From Opitutales bacterium (lineage in GTDB: Bacteria > Verrucomicrobiota > Verrucomicrobiia > Opitutales > JABSRG01): a DNA stretch of 64,000 nt. Location of the stretch: NCBI GenBank assembly GCA_049599475.1, contig JBMYOQ010000012.1, forward strand, positions 24,089 through 88,088. The letters are read 5' to 3'. Each line of letters starts with the position of its first letter. Position 1 is the first letter of the stretch. Shown one piece after another: positions 27,398 to 38,157 of this stretch. The position numbers and the translations under genes are program-made. The notes below the pieces were generated by a model. It made no database searches and was not told where the DNA came from. It saw only the letters and a program-made list of their open reading frames with translations.

Positions 27398-28255
27398 TCA
27401 GTTGCGTATCATGCAAAGTCTAAAAAGCGCAATTGCGAGTTTGCTTGGAGAAAATTTCCACCAATGGCGCGCGTAACGGTGTAAATATTCCGTGGCCCAA
27501 ATTTTTTGTCCGATAGTTTTTCCATGATCTTTCCAGCGACCCATGAGGATGGATAGATTATGTTCGTTAAAATCGTGCCTGCCGGGCGAGCTGCTAACCT
27601 TGTGATAGATCACGCTTTGGTTGCAAACTACATTCAGGTAGCCTGCTTTCCTTAGTTTCATGCAGAGATCGATGTCTTCGGCGCCGTTGCGATACGCATT
27701 GTCAAATCCCCCAAGCTTAAGAAAAAGGTCTTTGCGAATTCCCATGCAAGCCGCGGTAACGGCGGGCCATTCATGTATGGCGATGTCAGAGGTGCGGCGA
27801 CGGTTTTTTCGAGCGTGGAAAGGGACACCTTTGAGATCGAATGCGACCCCAGCATGGTCCATCAATTTACTCTGCGGATTGATTTGAATATTACCCACTG
27901 CACCAAACTTTTCGGATTCTAGGGCATTCGCCATAGGTTCGAACCACCCAGGCAGGAGCGTCAGGTCATTGTTGAGTAAAAACAAGTATTCTCCCTGAGC
28001 CGCGCGGGCTCCCTTATTATTACTTTCTCCGAACCCTTGGTTTGTTTCGTTGCGGATGAAATTGATGGGCAGACTTTCAAATTCGCTTACTAAATCTTGG
28101 ATGGGCTCGGTGCTGCAGTCGTCGATGAGGATAATTTCGAACTGATCTTTGCTGAGGCAGACTGTTTGTTGGAAGCTGATCAGGTAAGCACGCGTGAGAT
28201 CCAGGCAGTTAAATGCTGCTGTTATAAACGAATATTGAATGTTGGACTGCTTCAA
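27398..28255 (-). CDS. Glycosyltransferase family 2
   Basis: IDDCST, NQGFGESNN, LLNND, VTAAC, GGFD..Y..GAEDIDLC. Confidence 0.9.
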   Translation of the reverse strand: MKQSNIQYSFITAAFNCLDLTRAYLISFQQTVCLSKDQFEIILIDDCSTEPIQDLVSEFESLPINFIRNETNQGFGESNNKGARAAQGEYLFLLNNDLTLLPGWFEPMANALESEKFGAVGNIQINPQSKLMDHAGVAFDLKGVPFHARKNRRRTSDIAIHEWPAVTAACMGIRKDLFLKLGGFDNAYRNGAEDIDLCMKLRKAGYLNVVCNQSVIYHKVSSSPGRHDFNEHNLSILMGRWKDHGKTIGQKIWATEYLHRYARHWWKFSPSKLAIALFRLCMIRN

Positions 28256-28365
28256 AACTAATCTGAGATTAACAGGTGCTCGGGAATGACATTTGCAGGC
28301 AGAGGGAAGTATGCCAACATTCTCGTGCTTCTTAGCAACTGTAAGATAGATATTATTATTTAATC

Positions 28366-29673
28366 ATGCGTATTCAGCATTGGACGATTGAGGACTGGCA
28401 AGGCTTATTCTATGCGGATTTCGAAGAATGGGTGCGCGTGTATGCGGAGCGGCTCGAGGGATTGCCCAGCGGTCCGCGCAAGTCTGGACTGAGTTGGGAG
28501 AGCGATCCGGTAAGCTTAGCACCGCGCATTCGCTCAAACGCTGAAGGGAATCATCGTCACCCGTTGGCAGGGGTACCCTATGCTCTGAAAGACCTCTTTG
28601 ACTATGCAGGTAGTCCGACGACCTGTGGGAGTCGGTTTTATTCGCAAATTTCGGGTAAAGTGGATGCTCACTCAGAGCTCGTCGAGCAGCTCGAAACAGC
28701 AGGTGGGGTTTGTGTTGCCAAGACCACCATGAATGAATTCGCGTATGGCCTGTCTGGAGAGAACATCACCTTCGGAAATTGTATGCATCCGCGGTTTCCG
28801 AAATTTCTGAGCGGGGGATCCAGTAGTGGTTCGGCTTGGGCCGTGGGTGCCGGACTTGTACCTTTGGGAATCGGAACGGATACCGGTGGCTCGATTCGAG
28901 TTCCGAGTGCGTGGTGTGGCTTGTATGGCTTACGAATGATACCCGGGCTTTGGATGGGGCGTGGGGCATTCCCCTTAGCGCCTTCCTTTGATACTGCAGG
29001 TTGGATGACTGCGAATTCTGCGGATATGGAGCGCGTATGTGCTGGGTTATTGACCTCATCTGCAGAGAAAAATGATCCAGAAGGCACACCCTCTCGTGGT
29101 CTTTGGATAGATGGAATGAGTGGACCTATCCATCCTGATCTTGAGTGTCTTTACGCGCAGGCGGCCTTGAAGGCTAATTGCGTAGACGATCCAGATCCTA
29201 TTTTTAAGTTTCGTGAAATCTGTGAAGGCTCCTCGAAGTCATTCTCCATCTTGCAGAGCACTGAGGCTGCTGGAGTGCATCGAGCATGGCTCGACGATTA
29301 TCAGGTGGCTTATGATTCCAAAGTATGGGGGCTAATTGACCGTGGGCGTCGCTGGACTGATACTCAACGCGAGAATGCGGAGCAACAGCAGCGAGACATC
29401 ATGGATAGTTTCGAAGCGCTATTTTCGGAATATGATTACATTGCTCTGCCTGCGGTTCATCAGTTTGCACCTTATCCATCCGAACTGACTCCAGAGCTGC
29501 GAGATGGCTTGCTAGAATTAACAAGTCCCGCATCTCTGGCAGGCCTACCCGCGTTGACCATTCCCGTGTTTGATGAGCGGCGATTGAGTGGGGGTATCCA
29601 GGTGATTTTGCCGGATCTGTCTATTGAAAGAATTCGACGTGTGCTAGACGCTTGGCGGCTTTCCGATGATTGA
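28366..29673 (+). CDS. Amidase-signature family protein
   Basis: LKDLF, GGSSSGSA, GTDTGGSIRVP. Confidence 0.9.
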   Translation: MRIQHWTIEDWQGLFYADFEEWVRVYAERLEGLPSGPRKSGLSWESDPVSLAPRIRSNAEGNHRHPLAGVPYALKDLFDYAGSPTTCGSRFYSQISGKVDAHSELVEQLETAGGVCVAKTTMNEFAYGLSGENITFGNCMHPRFPKFLSGGSSSGSAWAVGAGLVPLGIGTDTGGSIRVPSAWCGLYGLRMIPGLWMGRGAFPLAPSFDTAGWMTANSADMERVCAGLLTSSAEKNDPEGTPSRGLWIDGMSGPIHPDLECLYAQAALKANCVDDPDPIFKFREICEGSSKSFSILQSTEAAGVHRAWLDDYQVAYDSKVWGLIDRGRRWTDTQRENAEQQQRDIMDSFEALFSEYDYIALPAVHQFAPYPSELTPELRDGLLELTSPASLAGLPALTIPVFDERRLSGGIQVILPDLSIERIRRVLDAWRLSDD

Positions 29674-29723
29674 ACTTCGCTTATGGTCTTGAGTTTGTCT
29701 TCAGGATATTGTCATTCGGTGGT

Positions 29724-30629
29724 GTGAGTCAGTCTTCTACTTTGATAATTCTCGCGGCGGGCATGGGTAGCCGATTTGGTGGTCCAAAGCAAATAGCCGG
29801 AGTCGGCCCTTCGGGTGAGACCCTTTTGGAATATGGGTTGTTCGATGCCGCCTCGGCGGGTTTTACGAAGTTTGTTTTCGTGATTCGAGAGGCCATTCAG
29901 GAGGATTTTGAGCAGAGCGTGCTCGCGCGATTCAATCACAAGCTGAACTGTTCTTATATCTTGCAATCAATTGATGATCTCCCGAATGGGGTGGACTCGG
30001 AGATCGCGAATAGCAGGGAAAAGCCCTGGGGCACCGCTCACGCTTTTTGGACAGCTCGTACCGAAGTTGAAGGTCCTTGTGCAGTAATTAATGCGGACGA
30101 TTTTTATGGCAGCCGAAGCTTCAGAATCATGAAAGAAGCTCTCGATAGCGGTGCTGGATCCTGCTTGGTTCCATTCCGGCTAGACCAAACCTTGTCTCCT
30201 CGTGGAGGCGTATCACGCGGGGTGTGCCATATGAATGGAGATGGAGACCTGGTCGCGATTCAAGAGTGCCGCGATCTGGTATTAGAAGAAACGGGAACTG
30301 TATTGGGAAAGGATAACACGAGCCTCGAACCAGTTTCACTCTCGAGAGAGACTCCGGTGTCTATGAATTTAATGGGCTTTTCTGCCGAAATTTGGCCATT
30401 TTTGGATGCAAATATTAGTTCGTTTTTTAGGGAGCATTTGGGCGATGGCAGCGGCGAATACGGTTTGCCTGATCTATTAACTGCTTGGATGCGGGACGGC
30501 AAAACAGCGGTTCGTCCATCACCGGAGACCTGGTTGGGGATTACGCATTCCTCTGATTTGGAAGCCGTCCAAAGTGAAATTAAGAACCGAATACAGAATG
30601 GGGATTACCCCGAAACGCTCTGGGCCTAG
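29724..30629 (+). CDS. Sugar-phosphate nucleotidyltransferase family protein
   Basis: LAAGMGSRFGGPKQ, KPWGTAHA, INADDFYG; start uncertain (GTG 29724 or TTG 29670). Confidence 0.8.
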   Translation: MSQSSTLIILAAGMGSRFGGPKQIAGVGPSGETLLEYGLFDAASAGFTKFVFVIREAIQEDFEQSVLARFNHKLNCSYILQSIDDLPNGVDSEIANSREKPWGTAHAFWTARTEVEGPCAVINADDFYGSRSFRIMKEALDSGAGSCLVPFRLDQTLSPRGGVSRGVCHMNGDGDLVAIQECRDLVLEETGTVLGKDNTSLEPVSLSRETPVSMNLMGFSAEIWPFLDANISSFFREHLGDGSGEYGLPDLLTAWMRDGKTAVRPSPETWLGITHSSDLEAVQSEIKNRIQNGDYPETLWA

Positions 30630-30641
30630 TGTTAGTTTAAC

Positions 30642-33600
30642 ATGAGTTGGAAGATTTTTGCGGATACGGGCGGAACGTTCACGGATTGCCTCGGCCAAGA
30701 TACATCGGGAGCCTGGCATACGTGTAAGGTGCTTTCGGATGGGACACTGCGTGCCCGGGTGAAGCGCGTTGATTCGAACTCAGGTGCAGTCGAATTGGAG
30801 AGTAAGCGTGAGTATGTGTCCGAGTTTTTTCGAGGCTACCGAGCCGTGTGGTCAAGTGCCTCCGGAGAAACACAAGACTATCGGATAATCGCTTCGGAGA
30901 ATGCTGTGCTAAGCTTGGATGCCAAAGAGGGTCTTCCTTCTGGGGGAGACATGCTTCTTATTACAGCTGATGAGGAAGCTCCGGTTCTCGGAGCCCGTGT
31001 GCTCACGCAGACACCATTGAGTGACCCCTTGGATGTTTCTGTTTTTAATTTGGCGACCACCCGCGGAACGAACGCGCTCCTAGAAGAGAAGGGTGCCCGC
31101 GTCCTCCTTTTCACTGCCGAGGGATTTGAAGACCTCTTAGACATCGATGACCAGCGCCGGTCGGACATTTTCGCGTTGCAGCTCGACGAGCGCAGTGTGC
31201 TGGCGCACACTGTCGTGGGTTTGCCCCTACGCCGTAGAGCGGATGGTTCCGTAGAACAAACGTGTAGTGATGAAATCCTGGAACGACGGGTAATCGAGGC
31301 GATAGAAAAATATGCGGCAGATGCCGTAGCCGTGTGCTTGCCGCATAGTTTTCGCTTTCCTGAGGATGAGGAACGTATCGGAAACATACTCAAGAAGTGC
31401 GATGTGTCCTACTGGGTCTTATCGACTGAACTCTCGCGCCTGGGGAAATATTTACCCAGGACTCAGACAACTGTCGTCGACGCCTATTTGGGTCCGATTA
31501 TGGAGGATTATTTGGGTCGAGTCATGGCTCCGCTGTCGAACACTCAATTGCGGGTAATGACGAGTGCCGGAGGGCTGCTTTCACGTTCCGATTATCGGGC
31601 TAAAGATGGCTTGTTGAGCGGTCCTGCTGGAGGTATCACAGGAGTGGAAGCTGTTGCCAAAAGAGCTGGGTTTGACCGGGTGCTTGCCTTCGATATGGGA
31701 GGCACCAGCACCGATGTATCACGAGTTGATGGAGAGCTAGAATTGCGGAATCAACATCAGGTTGGAGCGGCGCGCATTCAAGCTGCGGCCCTACGCATAG
31801 AGACCGTCGCAGCAGGCGGTGGCTCAATATGTGGAGTGCGAAATGGGCAATTTTATGTAGGGCCCGAGAGTGCAGGAGCCTATCCTGGACCGGCTTGTTA
31901 TGGTGCTGGTGGGCCCCTGACGGTGACTGATGTAAATTTGCTTTTGGGGCTATTGAAGCCGGAGCATTTTCAAGTGCCGATCGACATTGCAGCAGCTCAG
32001 GCAGCTTTGGATGTATGGATGGATGCGCTACGCCGTGATCGACCAGATGAGTCCTTGGAGCGTGAGACGGTGCTGCGGGCTTTTCGAGATATAGCGAATG
32101 AGCGCATGGCAGATGCCTTACGCTTGATCTCGATAAAAGAAGGATTTGACCCCGCGGAATTTACGATGGTCGCCTTCGGCGGCGCAGGCGGACAGCATGC
32201 TTGTTCACTAGCGCGACTGGCGGGAATGCGTCGTGTATTGATACCTGGCTATGCGGGCATACTTTCGGCATATGGATTGTCTCAGGCTAAAGATGCGCTC
32301 GTCCGCATGCATCGAATCCAGAAGCCCTTGAGCGATGCCAGTCGTTTATCCGATCTTCTCGATGGATTGCTGGATGAGGTAAACGCTATCGCAGAGCAAA
32401 AGCTTGGGCGCTACAGCTCGTGGATTGACTTAGAGGTGCGATTTGTCGGGCAGGAGACTGCATTGGATCTGCGGTGGGAGAACGATATCGATGCGCTCTC
32501 CGAACAATTTATCGCGCGTTACCAAACACTTTTTGGCTATGAGCCTCAGGGGCGAAACATAGAGGTCGTCAATGCTCGTTGCCGCGCACAAGCTATCACA
32601 GGCTCAAGTTCATCGGAGCAATTCTGTGTTGTTCGCGAAGCTGATACGGCGTTGGAAGTAATTCCTGACCCTTACACGACGATGGTTGTCGAACCTGGCT
32701 GGCGCGTTATGCGAGGAAGCGAAGGGTCGACGTTGCTGGAATATGTGGGTGAATCGAAGCCTGAGAGCCAAGACTCCGCAGCCTCGGAATTATTACGAGA
32801 AACTTTGATTCAGAATCGGGTACAGGGGCTTGTTGTGGAGATGGGAGAGCAGCTTGAGCGAACTGCGGTCTCTACAAATGTGAAAGAACGTCTCGACTTT
32901 TCTTGTGCTTTAACAGACGCCGATGGGACTTTGCTGTTCAATGCGCCCCATATTCCCGTGCATCTGGGTGCTTTGGGGGTCTGTGTCAGGCGTGTGCTGG
33001 ATGAATTGGATTTAGGAGAGGGTGATGTTGCGATTACGAATCATCCTGGTTTTGGAGGTTCGCATTTGCCCGACATTTCTCTGTTGGCACCTATCTATGT
33101 GAATGGGCGTCGCATAGGTTTCGCGGTAAATCGAGCCCATCATGCGGAAGTCGGCGGTATTTCACCAGGATCGATGAGTCCCTTTGCGCGCAATCTGGAA
33201 GAGGAAGGTGTCGTGATTTATCCACGTTATCTGATTCGTGAAGGTCACGATTGTTTTAATGAAATGGAATCTCTTCTCAAGGGTGCTGCGTTTCCCAGTA
33301 GGCGTGTGGACGAAAATCTCGCTGATTTGCGAGCCCAGTTAGCGGCGCTGAGATCGGGAATTTCAGGCCTTCAGAAGATCGTGAACACTTTCGGGATTGA
33401 AGCATATTTAGCCTACATACAGAACGCGCTAGCACACTCAGGTAAAGCGCTCAGAGAGCGTCTGGAAACGCTCGAAAATAGGAGCATGGAAGGCGTTTCG
33501 TACCTGGATGATGGTGACTGCGTTCGTGTCCGCCTCGAGGTCGATGATAGTCGGCTGAAAATTGATTTTACTGGGACTTCGAGTGTGCGTGGAGATAGTT

Positions 33601-34319
33601 TGAATGCTAATGAAGCGATCACGCGCAGTGCGATCCTTTATGTGCTCAGGCTATGGCTTGGAGATTCGGTACAGATGAATGAAGGCGTCCTTCAATTTGT
33701 AGATATTTCCTTACCCGAAAGTTTAGTCTCACCGGTTTTTCAGAGAGACCCTAAGGCGTGTCCGGGAGTTGTCGGAGGAAATGTAGAAATCAGTCAGCGC
33801 ATCGTGGATGCCTTGATTCAAGCCCTCGGATTGCAGGCGGGTTCTCAGGCAACCATGAATAATCTGATTTTTGGAGATTCCCAGCGAAGCTACTACGAGA
33901 CCATCTGCGGTGGGGCAGGAGCCGGGGCCACGTATGCAGGCGCTTCCGCTGTGCACACGCATATGACAAATACGGCTATTACGGATCTTGAGATCCTCGA
34001 AGAGCGCTATCCAGTTGTATTGGAAAAATTTACAATTCGAAAAAACTCAGGAGGGCAGGGTGTTCATCTTGGCGGAGATGGTATCGAACGCAGAATTCGA
34101 TTTTTGGAGCCGATGACAGTTTCTATGTTGGCACTCAGTCGAACCGAGGGGGGACGCGGATGTGCCGGAGGTCGCTCAGGAGTGCCCGGACATCAATTTA
34201 AAGTGAGTAGGAGTGAAACGATTTCTCTGAAAGGCTTATTCAGTGAAAATTTCGAAGCCAGTGACACGTTGGAAATTCAAACTCCTGGTGGTGGAGGCTA
34301 CGGCGTATCCGAAAAGTAA
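30642..34319 (+). CDS. oplA: Fused hydantoinase A/B, ATP-dependent 5-oxoprolinase family
   Basis: [74 protein letters not shown]; 1225 aa. Confidence 0.85.
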   Translation: MSWKIFADTGGTFTDCLGQDTSGAWHTCKVLSDGTLRARVKRVDSNSGAVELESKREYVSEFFRGYRAVWSSASGETQDYRIIASENAVLSLDAKEGLPSGGDMLLITADEEAPVLGARVLTQTPLSDPLDVSVFNLATTRGTNALLEEKGARVLLFTAEGFEDLLDIDDQRRSDIFALQLDERSVLAHTVVGLPLRRRADGSVEQTCSDEILERRVIEAIEKYAADAVAVCLPHSFRFPEDEERIGNILKKCDVSYWVLSTELSRLGKYLPRTQTTVVDAYLGPIMEDYLGRVMAPLSNTQLRVMTSAGGLLSRSDYRAKDGLLSGPAGGITGVEAVAKRAGFDRVLAFDMGGTSTDVSRVDGELELRNQHQVGAARIQAAALRIETVAAGGGSICGVRNGQFYVGPESAGAYPGPACYGAGGPLTVTDVNLLLGLLKPEHFQVPIDIAAAQAALDVWMDALRRDRPDESLERETVLRAFRDIANERMADALRLISIKEGFDPAEFTMVAFGGAGGQHACSLARLAGMRRVLIPGYAGILSAYGLSQAKDALVRMHRIQKPLSDASRLSDLLDGLLDEVNAIAEQKLGRYSSWIDLEVRFVGQETALDLRWENDIDALSEQFIARYQTLFGYEPQGRNIEVVNARCRAQAITGSSSSEQFCVVREADTALEVIPDPYTTMVVEPGWRVMRGSEGSTLLEYVGESKPESQDSAASELLRETLIQNRVQGLVVEMGEQLERTAVSTNVKERLDFSCALTDADGTLLFNAPHIPVHLGALGVCVRRVLDELDLGEGDVAITNHPGFGGSHLPDISLLAPIYVNGRRIGFAVNRAHHAEVGGISPGSMSPFARNLEEEGVVIYPRYLIREGHDCFNEMESLLKGAAFPSRRVDENLADLRAQLAALRSGISGLQKIVNTFGIEAYLAYIQNALAHSGKALRERLETLENRSMEGVSYLDDGDCVRVRLEVDDSRLKIDFTGTSSVRGDSLNANEAITRSAILYVLRLWLGDSVQMNEGVLQFVDISLPESLVSPVFQRDPKACPGVVGGNVEISQRIVDALIQALGLQAGSQATMNNLIFGDSQRSYYETICGGAGAGATYAGASAVHTHMTNTAITDLEILEERYPVVLEKFTIRKNSGGQGVHLGGDGIERRIRFLEPMTVSMLALSRTEGGRGCAGGRSGVPGHQFKVSRSETISLKGLFSENFEASDTLEIQTPGGGGYGVSEK

Positions 34320-35768
34320 TTACTGACTCACCGGAGTTGTCGGCGGGATCAGAGGGTCCTGGGTGAGGGTCTGTGTTGTAGGAGGTGCCGCTGGGTCTTG
34401 GGGGGATCCCGGTTCGGTAGCTGGGGATCCGGTTGCTACATCACCTCCCGCCGCTGGTGCCAGTTCATCGAGCTCGAAGCCTCTTTCTACGTAGGCCTCT
34501 TCCATGGGCATTGGGCCAAAGACACTCAGCTCATAAATACGCATGGTTACTTCGCTGCTGCCTTGTGCAGAGTCGGAAGGAATCCAGCGAAGCAATACAT
34601 AACGTGAGGTTTGATTGTCGACGGGTATGCTGACTCGCTCTTGCCCTGCCTCGATTTCTTCGACGTAACGCGCATCTAGGCCGTCAAAAAATCCCTCGTC
34701 CAAAGTGATTTCTCGCATCTGGGTATCCGAGTTTTGAGCAATTTCTACCAATCGAGTTGATTGGGCGAGCAGGAGTGGACGACCGAGCGCATCGACAAAG
34801 TATTCTTTCACAAAGACAGTTCCGTCTCTTTCACTTGGTGAGAAGAAGGCAGTGCCCTCCTCGACTTCTTCACCGGGCAGGCGTTCAAGGAAGTAAAATT
34901 CGACTCTTCCTGACTGAGCTTCAAAGAGCAGGGAGACCTTATTGATAAAAGTGGATTCATTGAGATCGATGATCATAGCGCTCGGCCGCTCGGAAGGCTC
35001 CAAGTCGTAGTAGGTGCGGAAGTCGTCATCGATGACGTTTTCCACTTCCTCCTTGGTGGCATCTTCGGAAGAGAACGGGATGGACGAGCCAGAATAAGTT
35101 GTCGCAAAGTCGTAATTGTAGGCGTCTTCGACTTGTTCGGTCTTCTGGGAAAAACTTTGATTTTCGATGCGCGTAGGCAGGCGTGTCTCGGCCACATTTA
35201 ATTCTCCAACGAATCCCAAATTACCGAAATCCCCTGTTTCAGAAACATCGTATACAATGGCGATGTATTGAACTTCTGAAGGCGTGAAGCGAATTTCTAG
35301 AAATTCGTTTGCGTGGATTTTCTGTTTCCGGCCTAGAGGTTTCCATTTCTTTGAACGGATGCCTTGCACGGATTCGGATCCGAGTAGTTGAATTTTTGCG
35401 ACGCCCCCGAAGCTTTTGGTGAAAAAACGATCTACCAGCTCCGGTCCTTGAAAATTAACGATATATACTTGGCGTCCCTCCTCCAGAAATACGGATTCGG
35501 TTTCGTCATCGCTCAGAAAACTACCAAAGTTTTGCTTCGGGCCGGAAGGGAGCGCCCATTCCGCGCCGATCTCTTGGCCTTTCTCACTGGTCTCGATGAG
35601 GGTCGTGCCCATGTGCCAGCGTGCTAGATTTTTTGGAAGTTCGCGTTTCCGGTCAATCGTTACCTCGGGCCTTTCACGCAGTACCGTCGACTGAATATCC
35701 TGCTCAGCGAACAGAGGACTGAGGATTAAGCTTGTAAGGAAAAAAACATTTAGCTGTTTAGCCATCAT
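34320..35768 (-). CDS. Secreted acidic hypothetical protein with Pro/Thr-rich C-terminal tail
   Basis: Signal peptide, discoidin-like motifs (VIDDDFRTY, IIDL, RYVLLRW, RIYELSVFG), tail PAAPPTTQTLTQDPLIPPTTPVSQ. Confidence 0.6.
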   Translation of the reverse strand: MMAKQLNVFFLTSLILSPLFAEQDIQSTVLRERPEVTIDRKRELPKNLARWHMGTTLIETSEKGQEIGAEWALPSGPKQNFGSFLSDDETESVFLEEGRQVYIVNFQGPELVDRFFTKSFGGVAKIQLLGSESVQGIRSKKWKPLGRKQKIHANEFLEIRFTPSEVQYIAIVYDVSETGDFGNLGFVGELNVAETRLPTRIENQSFSQKTEQVEDAYNYDFATTYSGSSIPFSSEDATKEEVENVIDDDFRTYYDLEPSERPSAMIIDLNESTFINKVSLLFEAQSGRVEFYFLERLPGEEVEEGTAFFSPSERDGTVFVKEYFVDALGRPLLLAQSTRLVEIAQNSDTQMREITLDEGFFDGLDARYVEEIEAGQERVSIPVDNQTSRYVLLRWIPSDSAQGSSEVTMRIYELSVFGPMPMEEAYVERGFELDELAPAAGGDVATGSPATEPGSPQDPAAPPTTQTLTQDPLIPPTTPVSQ

Positions 35769-35925
35769 AGAAAAACCGATAATTAGTAATTCTTTATCGC
35801 AGAATTCTTACCACCTGAGAAAAAATTAGAATAAGTACACTTTTAGAACCTTAGTATAGCGGCATAAATGCACTTTTGTTTACCAATAAACGCGATTTCA
35901 CACGGTATTGCAAGGATTCCGTGTT

Positions 35926-35940
35926 TGGCACGGCTTTTGC
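35926..35940 (+). promoter_or_regulatory. Sigma54 (RpoN) -24/-12 promoter
   Basis: TGGCACG-GCTT-TTGC, matching TGGCACGN4TTGC, 46 nt before ATG 35987. Confidence 0.8.
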
Positions 35941-35986
35941 CTACGCCGGGGAGTGTTTTAGAACACCGACGGTAAATAGGGGAGAC

Positions 35987-37243
35987 ATGTTGCTAGGTTT
36001 GAAAAAAACCGAACTCTTTGCAATTGGGTTCGTATTATTGGCTAACTTGGGAGAAGCCCAATCATTGGCCTACGCTCCGTGGGTACCGCTCCAGTCTGCG
36101 CCTCGTAGAGATTATGATATTCGCTTCGGTGAGCTTTTCTTCGATTTGCGGGGTACGGTGTCTCTCGAATATAATACGAATATTACGACATCCGAGGTAA
36201 ACGAAATCAGCGATTTCATCATCACACCCGGAATTAGCGCAGGAGGCAGTTGGGCATACTCGGATCTGAACACGCTTCGCTTCGGGGTGGGATTGAAGTA
36301 TCGTTATTACGTGAACAACCCTGATTTGGGATCTCAGGGATCGATTTTCGATCTGACTCCTGAGACCGAGGTGGATACGATCATATTGATTGGCGAGGCA
36401 TACATTCGCTTGTTTGATCGAATCACTTACTCTACCGATGCCACAGATTCTGTAGGTGTGGATGCTGAAACGGGTGAGCTGATTTTCAGCACTGCGGATT
36501 ACGGTCTTTTCACCAATGTTTTGGGTGCACAGGTCAGCTACGATTTCAACTTCATGCAGTCCTCAGCTCAACTCTATCGGAAGGATGTTATTTCGTTTGA
36601 GGACAATTTCGATTTCATCGATTACACCGAATATAGCTTGTCGGGAACTTTGAGTCGGCAGTTTTTATCGACCGTCACTGCGGGAGTCGGTGGAGGAATG
36701 AGCACGCTGGACTATGATGCGACGCTCAAGGGTGATATCGATTCAGTGAATGTAGGCCTGTTTGCCAATGTGGTGCTCACGCCCTTTGTCTCTGTCTATG
36801 GAGGTGTCAATTGGGGTGTGTCGGATATTGCCGCTTCCGATAGTGCACCCATTGCTCGCAGCTCCGACACGATTTCCTACAACATCACCTTGAGTCATAC
36901 CCTGAACGCCTATTTTGACCATTCTGCGGGGCTTACATCCGTTCGGCGGCTCGGAAGTATCTCAGATTTTGTAGAAACTCGGACAATTCGCTACGATTGG
37001 AATTTAGAGGAATGGCTCTTCGTCGATCTATCTGGGTATGTTGCTTGGGAACATGGTGAAGAGGAAGGCGGTTTGCTGGACGAAACCTTTGATAGGTTTT
37101 CGGTTTCAGTGGAGGCGCTCTATCCACTTGGACCCCGTTCCGAGCTGCGAGGCCGTCTCACTTACATCGATAAAGACTCCAACCGAGAATTGCGCTCTTA
37201 CCAGCAAGGTATTGCATGGCTAGAGTTTACTTATGATTTTTAG
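35987..37243 (+). CDS. Outer-membrane beta-barrel protein of a polysaccharide export locus
   Basis: GGAG-preceded ATG, signal peptide, alternating beta-strand pattern, C-terminal LEFTYDF. Confidence 0.75.
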   Translation: MLLGLKKTELFAIGFVLLANLGEAQSLAYAPWVPLQSAPRRDYDIRFGELFFDLRGTVSLEYNTNITTSEVNEISDFIITPGISAGGSWAYSDLNTLRFGVGLKYRYYVNNPDLGSQGSIFDLTPETEVDTIILIGEAYIRLFDRITYSTDATDSVGVDAETGELIFSTADYGLFTNVLGAQVSYDFNFMQSSAQLYRKDVISFEDNFDFIDYTEYSLSGTLSRQFLSTVTAGVGGGMSTLDYDATLKGDIDSVNVGLFANVVLTPFVSVYGGVNWGVSDIAASDSAPIARSSDTISYNITLSHTLNAYFDHSAGLTSVRRLGSISDFVETRTIRYDWNLEEWLFVDLSGYVAWEHGEEEGGLLDETFDRFSVSVEALYPLGPRSELRGRLTYIDKDSNRELRSYQQGIAWLEFTYDF

Positions 37244-38156
37244 GTTTCCACCCAATGTTTTGCTAATCGTTACAGGGCTTCTTCTGTGTATGCCTACGGC
37301 GATGCTTATGCATGCGCAAGGGACCGAAGAGAGAACTCTGTCTCAGATGGATCTTCTGGACGATGAGCGCCTCTTGGAGATCGGTGATCGTTTTACCTAT
37401 CTCGTTGTCGAGGAGCGTGAACCGGAGATCACTGTCTTTGTGAATGGCCGCGGAAATATCAAACTCCCCCTCATTGGAGAGGTGGCCGCAGTTGGGAAGA
37501 CAGAGCGTGCGCTAGCCTATGCCATTCGCGAAGAGCTGGAAGAGACATTCTTTTACCAGGCGACTGTGGTGCTGAGCCGAATCACGGATGCGCGTTATGA
37601 TGGAAAGGTTTTCTTAGTTGGGGCAGTCAGGAGCCAGGGCCCCCAACCCTTACCAGCCGATGATGTCCTGCGTTTGAGTGAAATGATCCTGCGTGCAGGC
37701 GGATTCGAGAATAATGCAGACCAGACCTCGGTGACGCTGATACGGCGGGAGTCTGGAACGGATGTCGAACAGCGAACTACATACGACGTTGAGACCATGC
37801 TGGAAACAGGTGACTTTGCGGAAGATCCCACGCTCCTACCCAACGATCTGATTCTCGTAGGCAAGGAGGATGTGATCGGTAAAACGGTCTACGTGCTGGG
37901 CGCCGTGAATGCACCTGGCGAGTACCCTCTGCCGGATGAAGATGTTACGCTCAGTCAGGCGATTCTGTCGGCTGGAGGTTTCGCGCGCTTTGCCCGGACC
38001 AATCGGGTGAAACTGATCCGCACCCAGGAGGATGGCAGCAGTAAGACTGAAGTCATCAATACTGATGCGGTGTTCGAACGCGGAGATCGCTCAAATGATC
38101 CCATCATTCAGGGCGGCGATGTTATTCGGGTAGATGAAAGGTTGATCAACTTCTAG
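37233..38156 (+). CDS. Polysaccharide export (Wza/OPX-like) protein with SLBB domains
   Basis: GNIKLPLIGEVAAVGKT plus two SLBB units (VFLVGAV..AGGF; VYVLGAV..AGGF). Confidence 0.85.
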   Translation: MIFRFPPNVLLIVTGLLLCMPTAMLMHAQGTEERTLSQMDLLDDERLLEIGDRFTYLVVEEREPEITVFVNGRGNIKLPLIGEVAAVGKTERALAYAIREELEETFFYQATVVLSRITDARYDGKVFLVGAVRSQGPQPLPADDVLRLSEMILRAGGFENNADQTSVTLIRRESGTDVEQRTTYDVETMLETGDFAEDPTLLPNDLILVGKEDVIGKTVYVLGAVNAPGEYPLPDEDVTLSQAILSAGGFARFARTNRVKLIRTQEDGSSKTEVINTDAVFERGDRSNDPIIQGGDVIRVDERLINF

Positions 38157-38157
38157 T

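Noticed and set aside
35953..35966. GTGTTTTAGAACAC palindrome as a LexA site
   Set aside because: Half-site spacing is 2 rather than 4 nt; more likely a small 5'-UTR hairpin
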